A stretch of DNA of 64,000 nucleotides from a virus: the IMG/VR virus record IMGVR_UViG_3300020159_001521, positions 32,001-96,000 of that record. One strand, given 5' to 3'. This document shows, piece after piece, positions 28,391-38,671 of this stretch; position 1 is the stretch's first letter; every line of letters starts with the position of its first letter. The position numbers and the translations under genes were made by a program. A model generated the notes under the pieces. It worked only from the letters and a program-made list of their open reading frames with translations, had not been told where the DNA came from and made no database searches.

Positions 28391-29107
28391 ATGATTTGGG
28401 CAAACTTTAAAGATCAGTTTCACGAGAGCTGGCACAGTAAAATGCAACCTTTTATTGAAAGTGAAGAGTGCGACAACATCTATAAGTTTCTCAAGGCAGA
28501 AGGAAAGAGGGGCAAGAAAATTGCCCCTTCTTCTTCTGTAACTTACAGATGCTTCAAAGAAACTTCTCTTGACGATCTGAAGGTGGTAATGATTGGCATG
28601 TGCCCCTATCACACTTTCTACAATGGTGTCTCTGTAGCAGATGGACTGCTTATGGGATGTAGTGTAACAGACAGGTTACAACCTTCTCTTGAGAAGTTCT
28701 ATGAAGGACTAGAAGATGAATTAAGCAATGGACTCAATCTTAAATATAAACAGCTCACTGATGTTAGCTATTTGGCTAATCAAGGAGTGCTTATGTTTAA
28801 TGCTGCGCTCACTACAGAAGTAAACAAAGCAGGAAGTCATATTGAAATATGGGAACCCTTCACTAAGTATGTAATGGAAGAAATACTATCTGTTACAGGT
28901 GTGCCCACTATATTCCTTGGTAAAGATGCTGCTAAGTATGAGAAATACACAAATCCATTTGCTTGGAACTTTGTGTTAAGTCATCCAGCCTCAGCAGCGT
29001 ACAAGCAGTCTAGTTGGGACACAGAAGGAACATTTACAAAGGTGAATAAGATACTCAAGGAAAACAATGGTTATGAAATCATGTGGCTCTACAATGTGCC
29101 ATTCTAA
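28391..29107 (+). CDS. ung: Uracil-DNA glycosylase (family 1-like)
   Basis: KVVMIGMCPY, QGVLMFNAALT, LSHPA; catalytic GQDPY reads GMCPY. Confidence 0.85.
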   Translation: MIWANFKDQFHESWHSKMQPFIESEECDNIYKFLKAEGKRGKKIAPSSSVTYRCFKETSLDDLKVVMIGMCPYHTFYNGVSVADGLLMGCSVTDRLQPSLEKFYEGLEDELSNGLNLKYKQLTDVSYLANQGVLMFNAALTTEVNKAGSHIEIWEPFTKYVMEEILSVTGVPTIFLGKDAAKYEKYTNPFAWNFVLSHPASAAYKQSSWDTEGTFTKVNKILKENNGYEIMWLYNVPF

Positions 29108-29119
29108 AATCGAAAAACA

Positions 29120-29437
29120 ATGAAACTAAGATTTGGTGGTAGCTTACAAATAGGAGATCCTATTTTTATTAGTTATGGAAGCAGTGTAGACTTTGGACTA
29201 TTTGCAGGATATGGAAAAGGAACTATACAATTTTATACTCCCACTGGTATAATATACCAATACGAAAACGCAATAGGAAAAGACAAAAAACCAAAGTTCT
29301 GGAAAGCATACATACATGGACAGAATATAGAATATAGAGTGGTGAAGGTGAATCCAGAAGTGCTATACAATCGTGAAGACATAGAAAACTACGAGAAAGC
29401 AATTGCAATTTTAAAACAAGAAAACATAATCAAATGA
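29120..29437 (+). CDS. Hypothetical protein
   Basis: 105 aa in operon. Confidence 0.75.
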   Translation: MKLRFGGSLQIGDPIFISYGSSVDFGLFAGYGKGTIQFYTPTGIIYQYENAIGKDKKPKFWKAYIHGQNIEYRVVKVNPEVLYNREDIENYEKAIAILKQENIIK

Positions 29438-31731
29438 TCTTAGAAAAACAAAAAGAGTCAGTTGTTCTACAAGAAGGAGAACAAACACAGGAATCAATTG
29501 GAATGTCCTTAGACTTAGATTCTGCACAGATATTGATGCAGATGTTAAGTAAGAACTTATATTCAGATGCAATAGGTTCTACAATTCGTGAGTGTGCTAG
29601 TAATGCTCTTGACAGTCACAGAAGAGCTGGTATAAAGGAAGCTATTGTTGTTTCCTTTGGATATACAAACAATAACACTTATGAATTCACTGTAGAAGAT
29701 TTTGGTATTGGTCTGGATGCAGACGATGTTAAAAACATCATCAGTAAATATGGTAAGAGTACAAAGCGTAATTCAGCTAATGAGCTGGGTATGATGGGCT
29801 TGGGCTTCAAGGCTCCTCTTGCATATTGCTCAAGCTTCTATTTCGTTGCTCGTAAGAACGGAATTGAGCGTAAATATATGATGTACGAAGGAGAAGATGT
29901 AAACACAATTGATTTGCTTTACGAAACTCCTACAGATGAGAGAAATGGTGTTAAGGTGATTGTTCCTGTTAAATCTGGTGACAAGTGGTCTTTTACATCA
30001 AAGATTAAAGAGCAGCTTGCGTATTTTGAGGATGTTTATTTTAATGTAGATGGTGTAGATAATAATTTCACTATACACAGACATGAGCACTTCCAGTTTT
30101 CTCCACTTGCTTCTGATAGCAGTTTGCACATCTGTTTAGATAATGTCTACTATCCTATTGATTTTCAGAAGATTGGCATTAATAATGTACAAATGCCTAT
30201 AGCTCTTAAGTTTGGTTTGTCAGATGCAATATTCCCTACACCAAACAGAGAATCTATTCGCTATACACAAGAAGCAAAAGCAGCTATTCTTGACAAGATT
30301 CAAAAGGTGGCTAACTACTTTGTAGAGAAGTATAATGAATCTATACAAGAGTCAGAAGACATTAAGCAAATAATGGAGTATTATGGTGATAGCGAAAGAG
30401 CTGTTAAGTTTGGTAGTTCTAAATGGAACATCAGTCCTCTGAAACAGTTTTCTACAATATCTTTTGCCACTCCTAAATACAAACATTCTGATAATGTTGA
30501 CTTTGAAAGGTTGTGGAAAATGAAAGATCAGTTGTTTGGTGAGTATTCTCTCAAGTATAGCGTGCATTCAGGAAGGATGTATTCTGAAGAAAACAACAGA
30601 TGGAATAACTTGAGCTGGTTCAATGTATTTGGTAATGACTGGAATAAGTGTATTATGATGGTGTATTCTGAGAAACTCAAAGGGTTGACAAAGGATTACA
30701 TCAGAAGCACTTACGGTAGACAAAGAGTGAAGATTGTCAAGAAGGAAAAACAATTTGTTCTTGGTAAAATGAAAAGTGCTGGTAATGGCAATTTTGATAA
30801 TTACATTAATCTTCTCAGACTAGACAAGTATCCAAAGAGTGAATGGAGAATCAGGATTAAGGACTTTCAGCTTGTTGTAAATAAGCTCACTGAGAGTTTT
30901 ATTAATCTAGATGAACTTGTTGTTCCTCAAACCTTTATTGACGCTAGGAAAAAGCAGAGAGTGAAAGCAATTGCTGCTTCACCAAAGCGTAAGAAGCTTG
31001 AAGGAGAAATCAATGTTAAACTACTTTCTCCTCTGGAGAGGTTTGTTTATGGTAAGAACTCTAAGCTTGTTCCCACCATCATCAATCTTGCAGATGCACA
31101 TAAGCAACCATCACTAACTGTGTTTGGTAAGCAGGAACATGCAGATCTGATGGACAAATGGTTTGCTGTATTCCCTAGGCACATTAAGTTTATTGTACTG
31201 TCTGAAAGAGAACTGAAAGCAATTAAGGATGTAAAAATTAGAAACTGGATTAGTATGGAAGAATTCATGGAAGGTGAACACATTGTGTTCAGAAGAGCAG
31301 CCACTGCATATCTTATACAGAAGCTTATGAATGATTATGAGTATGTGTTCGTCACTAATTTAAGTGATGTATCTATTGACCTCAATAACAAACTCAATGA
31401 TCTGAAAAACTATAAGAAAAAGTATAGGCTTGATGGTGAAAACAAGTTGTATGACGAGATAATTTCTATCGCACAAGAGAAGAATTTATTTGACAATTCC
31501 ATCTATTCTTCGTATCTTAACATGAAAGATTTCTTAGACAGGAATCGTTACATCAATAGTTTCTTGAGGCACATAGGTCGTTACAATGGATTGGCTAAGA
31601 CGGAAAAAGAAATGCTTTGTGACCTTATGAAATATCATAAACAAAAGCTTAATTGGCAGAATTATAAACTTAATGAAGAGAAACTTGAAGTTCCTACAGA
31701 GGAAACAATTGAATCTCTTGTAACATCTTAG
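29434..31731 (+). CDS. rIIA: rIIA-like protein (N-terminal GHKL ATPase)
   Basis: LYSD.I.S.IRE..SNALDSH, VEDFGIG, YG.STK, GMMGLGFKAP; paired with rIIB. Confidence 0.88.
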   Translation: MILEKQKESVVLQEGEQTQESIGMSLDLDSAQILMQMLSKNLYSDAIGSTIRECASNALDSHRRAGIKEAIVVSFGYTNNNTYEFTVEDFGIGLDADDVKNIISKYGKSTKRNSANELGMMGLGFKAPLAYCSSFYFVARKNGIERKYMMYEGEDVNTIDLLYETPTDERNGVKVIVPVKSGDKWSFTSKIKEQLAYFEDVYFNVDGVDNNFTIHRHEHFQFSPLASDSSLHICLDNVYYPIDFQKIGINNVQMPIALKFGLSDAIFPTPNRESIRYTQEAKAAILDKIQKVANYFVEKYNESIQESEDIKQIMEYYGDSERAVKFGSSKWNISPLKQFSTISFATPKYKHSDNVDFERLWKMKDQLFGEYSLKYSVHSGRMYSEENNRWNNLSWFNVFGNDWNKCIMMVYSEKLKGLTKDYIRSTYGRQRVKIVKKEKQFVLGKMKSAGNGNFDNYINLLRLDKYPKSEWRIRIKDFQLVVNKLTESFINLDELVVPQTFIDARKKQRVKAIAASPKRKKLEGEINVKLLSPLERFVYGKNSKLVPTIINLADAHKQPSLTVFGKQEHADLMDKWFAVFPRHIKFIVLSERELKAIKDVKIRNWISMEEFMEGEHIVFRRAATAYLIQKLMNDYEYVFVTNLSDVSIDLNNKLNDLKNYKKKYRLDGENKLYDEIISIAQEKNLFDNSIYSSYLNMKDFLDRNRYINSFLRHIGRYNGLAKTEKEMLCDLMKYHKQKLNWQNYKLNEEKLEVPTEETIESLVTS

Positions 31732-31733
31732 TT

Positions 31734-31925
31734 ATGACATTGATTATTTATTTAATAGTTGGGCTCCTGTATTGGGGGCTCAACTCTTTTGTTAGGAAAT
31801 TGGAAACTGATGGTGATTGGTTGCTACCCATTGTATGGTTTTTAGCATGGCCCATTGGATTTATATCTTGGTCTTTCGTATTTATGGACTATTTATTAAG
31901 CAAACAACGTAAGAAACACTTTTAA
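31734..31925 (+). CDS. Small membrane protein
   Basis: IYLIVG...WFLAWP hydrophobic pattern. Confidence 0.7.
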   Translation: MTLIIYLIVGLLYWGLNSFVRKLETDGDWLLPIVWFLAWPIGFISWSFVFMDYLLSKQRKKHF

Positions 31926-31936
31926 AAAACAAAACT

Positions 31937-33397
31937 ATGAGTAATTTCACACTTAACTGGTTTAAAAGACAAGCAGAACTAGAAAACCTCATCATCGAAG
32001 AACAAAGACTGAAGAACGAGATTCTTCGTACACAAGCTGGATTTACAACATCCATTGAAACAACACAAATCAATTATGGCAATCCTTACAAAGCTGTAAA
32101 GTTTGTAAACGGTGTAATAGTTGTTGTTATGCATGACGGTACAATCCTTACAAAGAATGGTGCTACAGAAGCTGATTTCAATATAGTGACAAATGCTAAA
32201 CTGGAATCAACAATATATGATGTTATGGGCTCTTCAGATATCAAAGCTGAAAAGGCTAAACATGATGCAGAAGTGGCAAGACTTAAATCTCTTCAGGAAG
32301 GAATCAAGAAACTAGAAGGATTAGATGATTTTGAGATAGAAGGTAACTCTGTAAAGCTGGCTGGTACAGGCAGAACTATGCCTCAGCTCCTTGTTGAGAA
32401 GTTCATTGAGATTGTAGATCATTATGATGGAGATCCATATAATAATGTACAAGACGATGAAGAGTATCAAGCTCTTAAGAGATTCTTCATGTGGTGCTGC
32501 CTCAATCCTAGGGCTGAGGTTGCAAATGACCTTTATGATTTCCTTACGAAGAACAGCTTCAGGATTACCAAACAAGGTTTCTTTGCTGCTCTTAGGAATG
32601 TTGTTACATTACATGGAAGTAATAAACTTGTACAGTTTGTAAGCAATGTGTACACTAAGATGAAAGCTGTATGGAAGAAGAGTCCAAACAACTATGAAGT
32701 GTATCTGAAGGATGGTGAATATTCATTCATACACATTGACGACACAGTTACCACTGAAATCGTAGAAGGTGAAGAATGGTATGATGAAGACCTTGAAGAG
32801 TATGTACAAGAAGAAGATGGAGAAGCGGAAGTGATGAGAACAGACCTTGGTGAGCACATTGGTAATCTTACAGAACTCTATCTTGATTTGCCTAACAGAC
32901 ATGAGAACAGGTTTACAGATGAGTACACACGTACATTTGACATTCGTATTGGTCAAGTGGTGAACATGCCTCCAAATGAGTGTAGCTGGTCTACAGCTGA
33001 TTGTGCTCATGCAGGATTACATTTCACTTCTGACGAGATTCATTATGTAGGATGTGGTGACCAGTCTGTTCTTGTACTCATCAATCCTATGAAGGTGGTG
33101 GGTATTGGTGCACAAAAGGGTAGGTGTTATGAATATCTTCCTATTATGACTGTCAGCCGTGATGAGGCTACAGAACTTCTGCATGACCTGAATTTCAGCA
33201 CTCTTGAGATTGACGATGCTTACGCAATTCGTGAATTGGAAAATCTTGCTGAGAAGGCTAAAGAAGGATTTGTGATAGAAACTAAGAAGTATGAGTTCAA
33301 TGTTCCTCAAATGAGTTCTCAAGACCTTGAGAATATTGTAGAATCATTGGAAGAAATGCGTAGCACTTTGTCCAGTCGTATATCCATTATTGATTAA
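31937..33397 (+). CDS. rIIB: rIIB-like protein
   Basis: NP...V..DLYDFL...ITK.G.F.A; C.HAGLHF; VLINP..VV; KGRCYEY. Confidence 0.88.
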   Translation: MSNFTLNWFKRQAELENLIIEEQRLKNEILRTQAGFTTSIETTQINYGNPYKAVKFVNGVIVVVMHDGTILTKNGATEADFNIVTNAKLESTIYDVMGSSDIKAEKAKHDAEVARLKSLQEGIKKLEGLDDFEIEGNSVKLAGTGRTMPQLLVEKFIEIVDHYDGDPYNNVQDDEEYQALKRFFMWCCLNPRAEVANDLYDFLTKNSFRITKQGFFAALRNVVTLHGSNKLVQFVSNVYTKMKAVWKKSPNNYEVYLKDGEYSFIHIDDTVTTEIVEGEEWYDEDLEEYVQEEDGEAEVMRTDLGEHIGNLTELYLDLPNRHENRFTDEYTRTFDIRIGQVVNMPPNECSWSTADCAHAGLHFTSDEIHYVGCGDQSVLVLINPMKVVGIGAQKGRCYEYLPIMTVSRDEATELLHDLNFSTLEIDDAYAIRELENLAEKAKEGFVIETKKYEFNVPQMSSQDLENIVESLEEMRSTLSSRISIID

Positions 33398-33405
33398 TGT
33401 ATAAT

Positions 33406-33450
33406 ATAGGGGTTGTCACATTTATTTTCTATATTTGTGACAGCCTCTAT
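33406..33450 (+). promoter_or_regulatory. Inverted repeat enclosing a TATATTTG promoter box
   Basis: ATAGGGGTTGTCACA / TGTGACAGCCTCTAT arms; -7 box at 33430-33437. Confidence 0.65.
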
Positions 33451-33467
33451 TATATAACTAATTGATT

Positions 33468-33854
33468 ATGAAGAAGAAAGCAGCAAAACCGAGAGTAGCG
33501 AAAACAAGAAACGCAGGCACAATGAGCGAGAGTGCCTTCTGGAGTTTTATACGAAGTGCTCTAAGACAGAAGAGCAGATGGTGGAAGCCTATTACACAAT
33601 GTAAACTGAATGCCAAGAGACCGTATAAAGGTCCTCTCAAAAGGCAAAAGTTTGAATATCAATGTAATAGCTGTAAGAAATGGTTTCCAGATAAGAACAT
33701 TAATGTTGACCATGTAGTTCCAGCAGGCTCCTTGAATTGTGCTGCAGATCTCCCAGGTTTTGTTGAACGTTTATTTTGTGAAATAGACAACCTGCAAATA
33801 TTATGTAGCGGTTGTCATGATGCTAAAACTAAAAAAGAAAGAAATGCAAATTGA
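33468..33854 (+). CDS. HNH endonuclease (T7 gp7.7-like)
   Basis: YQCNSC...VDHVVP...NLQILCSGCHDAKT. Confidence 0.88.
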   Translation: MKKKAAKPRVAKTRNAGTMSESAFWSFIRSALRQKSRWWKPITQCKLNAKRPYKGPLKRQKFEYQCNSCKKWFPDKNINVDHVVPAGSLNCAADLPGFVERLFCEIDNLQILCSGCHDAKTKKERNAN

Positions 33855-34089
33855 AATTAAGAAGCTTTACAAAGGAATGGTAGAAGTTCGTGATTACACT
33901 GTAGAAGAGTGTATAAAAAAGGGACATGCTTTAAGGATTAAGTTTGATGGAGAAGTGATGATACTCACACCTCATGAAATGGAAAACAATATTAAGAGTA
34001 AATCTAAGCCTATTAAAAGCAGGTTTCACGATGGTTCAAGTTACATATTGTATGGATATAAGTGGAATCCTAATGAAATCTCTTACTAA
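33844..34089 (+). CDS. Hypothetical protein
   Basis: VEVRDY...Y.LY.Y.W.P. Confidence 0.75.
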   Translation: MQIEIKKLYKGMVEVRDYTVEECIKKGHALRIKFDGEVMILTPHEMENNIKSKSKPIKSRFHDGSSYILYGYKWNPNEISY

Positions 34090-34352
34090 TGGAACAGATG
34101 ACTATTAACATAAACAGAAACCCCTCTTGTACAGAAGTTTGGTATGAAGGATCTGTTGAACACAACGATGAGTTTCATAGATTTTGGTTAGTTGACCCAC
34201 AAGGTTCTGATTACGAACTAGAGGTGAGATGGTTTAATAAATCTGTACCAAGAGAAGTGAGAGCTATGTATGTTGAGATTATAAACACGTTTAAACAAAT
34301 ACAAGATGATAGGAGGAAAAACCAAGACAGAAACAACTTACAGAGCTATTAA
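34089..34352 (+). CDS. Hypothetical protein
   Basis: 87 aa in operon. Confidence 0.75.
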   Translation: MEQMTININRNPSCTEVWYEGSVEHNDEFHRFWLVDPQGSDYELEVRWFNKSVPREVRAMYVEIINTFKQIQDDRRKNQDRNNLQSY

Positions 34353-35349
34353 TCTAGATAGTTCTAGTTCATTGAAAGAGTTTTCAATGGACAGGAAGAA
34401 GTATTATAAGAAATATATTCTAGGAGAGAAGCCTGAAGAAAAGGATACACAAGCCTCCATAACAGGTAGAGTGGTAGAAACACTGCTATTAGAGCCTGAA
34501 GAGTTTGATGTAAGGTTTTATATGTCTGCTTGTATGACAGCTCCTACAGGGCTAATGATGGCCTTTGTAGATGCATTGTATAAATTCACTGCAGAAGCAA
34601 CTGACGAAGATGGAAACATAAGCAGAGCGTTTGAAGACATTGCAAAAGATGCATATGTTGAATCAGGGTTTAAGATTAAGTTCGATGCTGTAATATCTAA
34701 GTTTGTTGGAAGTGACGCAGAGCTTTATTACAATGAGATGCGTACAGTGAAATCAAAGGGATTGACAGTGATTACAACAGAGGATGTTACAAATGCTGAG
34801 AAGATTGTACAAGAGCTCAAAACAAATAGCTTTACAGCAGATGTTGTAAATCTTGTTAACAGTGCTAGATGGACAGTGTACAATCAAATGCAAGTTGAAG
34901 GATATGTTGTAGGTGGACTGAAGTTCAAGAGCATGATGGACAAGGTGGTTATAGACCATGACAAGAAAACTATACAAGTGTATGACCTGAAATGTGTTTG
35001 GGCTGTAGAGAACTTCTATGAAGAATACTATCTCTACCGTAGAGCATACATTCAAGCCTATTTGTATTGGAGAGCTTGTTCAGAAGTTCAGAAACAGATG
35101 GAACTTGATGGTTATAAGGTGGAATATCCAAAGTTTATTGTTTGTGATAGCACCAACTATTACAGTCCGCTCATCTACCAACTGTCAGGAGAAGACATTC
35201 TTGATGCATTTGAAGGATTTGAGCATAAAGGAAAAAACTATCCAGGTGTACAAGAATTGATTCAAGACTTGACATGGGCTGTAGAGAATGACAGGTGGAA
35301 TGTATCAAGGAAGAATCATGTTTCCAATGGACTTGTAAACCTAAAATAG
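34306..35349 (+). CDS. PD-(D/E)XK exonuclease (RecE/Cas4-like)
   Basis: S.SSLK, KSMMD...VYDLK, Y.QAY.Y. Confidence 0.82.
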   Translation: MIGGKTKTETTYRAINLDSSSSLKEFSMDRKKYYKKYILGEKPEEKDTQASITGRVVETLLLEPEEFDVRFYMSACMTAPTGLMMAFVDALYKFTAEATDEDGNISRAFEDIAKDAYVESGFKIKFDAVISKFVGSDAELYYNEMRTVKSKGLTVITTEDVTNAEKIVQELKTNSFTADVVNLVNSARWTVYNQMQVEGYVVGGLKFKSMMDKVVIDHDKKTIQVYDLKCVWAVENFYEEYYLYRRAYIQAYLYWRACSEVQKQMELDGYKVEYPKFIVCDSTNYYSPLIYQLSGEDILDAFEGFEHKGKNYPGVQELIQDLTWAVENDRWNVSRKNHVSNGLVNLK

Positions 35350-35353
35350 ATGT

Positions 35354-35905
35354 ATGGAGTTAAAAAAGACAATAACAACAATATTCATTGTACCTACATT
35401 AGGTATTGATAGAGAAAGGCTTAGAGACAATGGATTTATAAATGCCTTCATAAAGGATGGTGCAAAGGATGTACAGTATGAAAATTCTGTATATTTGCTA
35501 TTCAATCCAAAGCATCCAGACAAGTTCAAATTGTTTCTCGATGATGAGTATGAGAGAACTAAGTCTGTATTGGATGATTATGATTATGAAGATGGATTTA
35601 TAGTGGTTGTCTATCAACTTAACCCAAAGTTTAAAAAAGACTTTGGGTTAATTAAAATGGGTAGGTATTCCAAAACCTCTCCAGAGTTCCAGAAGTTGTT
35701 TCCTAAGATAGTGAAGATTGTTAGGAACGGATTGCATAAAGATGAGATATCTTTGCAATACAGAGTGTTTAACAAGACAGAAGATCTTAAGAAGTATTGG
35801 GAAGATAAGATTGGTGTGGAGTTTGATGACAAGATGGAAGTTTGGCAAGGATGGGATGAGAATTTTGAGACACTTAACATTCAAAAAGTTAAAGAAAATG
35901 TATAA
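35354..35905 (+). CDS. Conserved crAss-like phage protein
   Basis: GFINAF...GRYSKTS...W. Confidence 0.8.
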   Translation: MELKKTITTIFIVPTLGIDRERLRDNGFINAFIKDGAKDVQYENSVYLLFNPKHPDKFKLFLDDEYERTKSVLDDYDYEDGFIVVVYQLNPKFKKDFGLIKMGRYSKTSPEFQKLFPKIVKIVRNGLHKDEISLQYRVFNKTEDLKKYWEDKIGVEFDDKMEVWQGWDENFETLNIQKVKENV

Positions 35906-36119
35906 CGAAGACTTTGTACAGAAGATTATTTCAGAAAGAGGCAGAGAAGCAGCTCTTATTTATTGTGAATTAGAAGCAGATAGGAACGATTTGATTGTAA
36001 GAGAGTATAAATACATGAAAACTCTTCCTTATGATCAGTATATGAACTGTGATTACGAAAGAACCTGGTGGAAATCTCGTGCTGAAAAACTTAAAAACCA
36101 ATTAGAAAATGAACATTGA
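35898..36119 (+). CDS. Hypothetical protein
   Basis: ATG 35898. Confidence 0.7.
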   Translation: MYNEDFVQKIISERGREAALIYCELEADRNDLIVREYKYMKTLPYDQYMNCDYERTWWKSRAEKLKNQLENEH

Positions 36120-36501
36120 TCTATTAGAAGCCTATCCTATTGCCTCTGAAGCAATCAGAGTTTATTATTTAGAAATTCTTCTATCTACACTAAATGACAA
36201 AAATCTTCCTGAAGACTTCAAAGCTCATGTTAGAGAAAAGGGTGTGTCTAATGCAGATATTGTAAATGTCTACAAGAACTCTCCAAGACAGCTTATGGAT
36301 GTTTTTGATGTCAACGGTGTGTATATTGAAATCCTCCTTAAAATGGATGATGGAAATGTACTGTTTGGCTGGAGGATTCTTCCTAGAGACGAGGATTTTA
36401 TTGATATTCAATGGAGTGGTGATAGAAAGGAAGTGGAAAGATATGCTATAGCAGACGCTTTTAAACTACTAAATGATAAATTATGCCCGACAAAATCGTA
36501 G
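36109..36501 (+). CDS. Hypothetical protein
   Basis: 130 aa in operon. Confidence 0.75.
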   Translation: MNIDLLEAYPIASEAIRVYYLEILLSTLNDKNLPEDFKAHVREKGVSNADIVNVYKNSPRQLMDVFDVNGVYIEILLKMDDGNVLFGWRILPRDEDFIDIQWSGDRKEVERYAIADAFKLLNDKLCPTKS

Positions 36502-36734
36502 AACAAGTTATTGCTAAGTTCCAAAAAAGAAGCGAAACAGGTTGTAGAAAGTATGGAACAACTCTCCATGCGAATAATAAAGACAACTACCTATTGCATC
36601 TTCAGGAGGAACTAATGGATGGTTGTAACTATCTTGAGAAGTTAATGACACAGAATCAAGAGATAATTGATTTAGTTAAAACCACTCCAAATAACTACGA
36701 TCTTGGAGAGAAAATAAGAAAATTGGTTAGCTAG
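36483..36734 (+). CDS. MazG-like all-alpha NTP pyrophosphatase domain protein
   Basis: RS..G..KYGTTL...HLQEELMD..NY. Confidence 0.6.
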   Translation: MPDKIVEQVIAKFQKRSETGCRKYGTTLHANNKDNYLLHLQEELMDGCNYLEKLMTQNQEIIDLVKTTPNNYDLGEKIRKLVS

Positions 36735-36761
36735 AATTTTAATAATGTGTTGGTTTATAAC

Positions 36762-36796
36762 AATGGGGACTGTATATTTGCAGTCCTCATTTTTTT
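36762..36796 (+). promoter_or_regulatory. Terminator-like hairpin overlapping a TATATTTG promoter box
   Basis: AATGGGGACTGTA-TATT-TGCAGTCCTCATT plus T-tract; box at 36773-36780. Confidence 0.65.
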
Positions 36797-36817
36797 AACC
36801 AAAATAAACAGAAATTT

Positions 36818-38671
36818 ATGGACTTAGGATTAGACGCATTAAGTAAAATTACAGTGTTTAGTAAGTATGCAAAATACCTACCTGAACAGAAAAGAAGAGA
36901 AACGTGGGATGAAATTGTGAACAGGTATGTTGCTATGATGATTAAGAAATATCCTAAGTTGGAAGATGCAATTCTTTCTACATCAACAATGATTAGAGAT
37001 AAGAAGGTGTTACCTTCTATGAGAGCACTTCAGTTTGCTGGTCCAGCTGCAGAAGTGAACAATTCTAGAATATACAACTGTTGTTTCCTTCCTATAGATA
37101 GCATACATAGCTTCAGTGAAACTATGTTTCTGTTATTAGGTGGAACAGGAGTGGGATATTCCGTACAGAAGCATCATGTGGAACAACTTCCTGCTATTAC
37201 TAAGACAGGTAAGAAGCGTAACTATCTTATCGAGGACAGTATAATGGGCTGGGCAGACGCTGTAAAGGTGTTGATGAAAGCCTATTTAGAGGGAGGATTC
37301 ATGCCTTCTTTTGACTTTAGAGCTATTAGGCACAAAGGTGCTAGGCTTATTACAGCTGGTGGTAAAGCACCTGGTCCTGAGCCTCTGAAGATATGTTTGG
37401 CACATGTACAGGCTATTTTAGACAGGAAACAAGAAGGAGAATTTCTATCTCCTTTAGAATGTCATGATATACTGTGTCACATTGCCAACTCTGTTCTTTC
37501 TGGAGGAATCAGAAGGTCAGCCATGATTGCTCTGTTCAGTGATGATGATGAGGAAATGATTACATGTAAGTATGGAACATGGTATGAGCTGAACGAACAA
37601 AGAGGACGTGCAAATAATTCAGTTGTACTTGAAAGAGGAGTGGTTACAGAAGAAAAGTTCTATGACATTTGGAATAGAATTGAAGCTTCTGGATCTGGTG
37701 AACCTGGTATTTATTGGACTAACAATAAAGATTGGGGAACCAACCCATGTTGCGAGATTGCACTCAGACCATATCAGTTCTGTAATCTGTGTGAGGTGAA
37801 TGTAAGTGATGTAAGTAGTCAGGATGATTTGAATAATCGTGTAGCATCAGCTTCCTTCTTTGGAACTCTTCAGGCTGGATTTACAGACTTCCATTATTTG
37901 AGACCTATTTGGCAGAAGACAACACAAAAGGATGCTCTGTTAGGAATTGGTATGACAGGAATAGGAAGTGGTGAGATTCTTAAATACAACCTGGACATTG
38001 CAGCTCATGTAGGAGTGGTGATGAATAGCATGATTAGTGCTGTAATTGGAACAAATGAAGCAGCTAGGGTGACATGTATTAAGCCAAGTGGTACAACCAG
38101 TTTAGTGTTGGGTACAGCTAGTGGTATACATGCATGGCACAATGACTACTATCTTAGGACAATGAGGTTTAACAAGAATGAAGACCTTGCAGCCTACCTG
38201 ATGGTTAATCATCCTGAATTGTGTGAAGATGATGTTCTCAGACCTACAGACACAGTGTGTGTACGTATTCCTGTTAAAGCTCCAGAAGGATCTATTCTTA
38301 GAACAGAAACAGCTCTCGATACATTAGAACGTGTTAAGAGGTTTTCTCTTGAATGGATTAAAGCAGGACATGTTAATGGTGATAATACACATAATGTATC
38401 AGCTACAATTTCCATCCTTGAAGATGGTTGGAAAGAAGTGGGAGAGTGGATGTGGACCAATAGAGAGGTGTATAATGGCTTGTCAGTCTTGAACTACCAT
38501 GGGGGCAGTTATCGCCAGGCCCCTTTCGAGGACATAACAAAGGAAGAATACGAGACCAGAGTGGACTTATTGAAATCTCTTGACCTCACTAAGGTGATAG
38601 AGCTAGATGATACAGTTGACTTCAGTCAAGTAGTAAGTTGTGCAGGTGGTGCATGTGAAGTTAATATATGA
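36818..38671 (+). CDS. nrdJ: Ribonucleotide reductase class II (B12-dependent)
   Basis: PSMR, YNC, GGIRRSA, TNPCCEI, CNLCE, KPSGT, C-terminal CAGGACE; no beta-subunit gene nearby. Confidence 0.92.
   Translation: MDLGLDALSKITVFSKYAKYLPEQKRRETWDEIVNRYVAMMIKKYPKLEDAILSTSTMIRDKKVLPSMRALQFAGPAAEVNNSRIYNCCFLPIDSIHSFSETMFLLLGGTGVGYSVQKHHVEQLPAITKTGKKRNYLIEDSIMGWADAVKVLMKAYLEGGFMPSFDFRAIRHKGARLITAGGKAPGPEPLKICLAHVQAILDRKQEGEFLSPLECHDILCHIANSVLSGGIRRSAMIALFSDDDEEMITCKYGTWYELNEQRGRANNSVVLERGVVTEEKFYDIWNRIEASGSGEPGIYWTNNKDWGTNPCCEIALRPYQFCNLCEVNVSDVSSQDDLNNRVASASFFGTLQAGFTDFHYLRPIWQKTTQKDALLGIGMTGIGSGEILKYNLDIAAHVGVVMNSMISAVIGTNEAARVTCIKPSGTTSLVLGTASGIHAWHNDYYLRTMRFNKNEDLAAYLMVNHPELCEDDVLRPTDTVCVRIPVKAPEGSILRTETALDTLERVKRFSLEWIKAGHVNGDNTHNVSATISILEDGWKEVGEWMWTNREVYNGLSVLNYHGGSYRQAPFEDITKEEYETRVDLLKSLDLTKVIELDDTVDFSQVVSCAGGACEVNI

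Noticed and set aside
29434-33397. GHKL ATPase as a novel defence or chaperone system
   Set aside because: The gene pair matches the well-known rIIA/rIIB module
36483-36734. Modified-base (Z or dU) genome suggested by the MazG-like gene
   Set aside because: No purZ or other base-synthesis gene in the window; dUTPase plus UDG argue for ordinary thymine DNA
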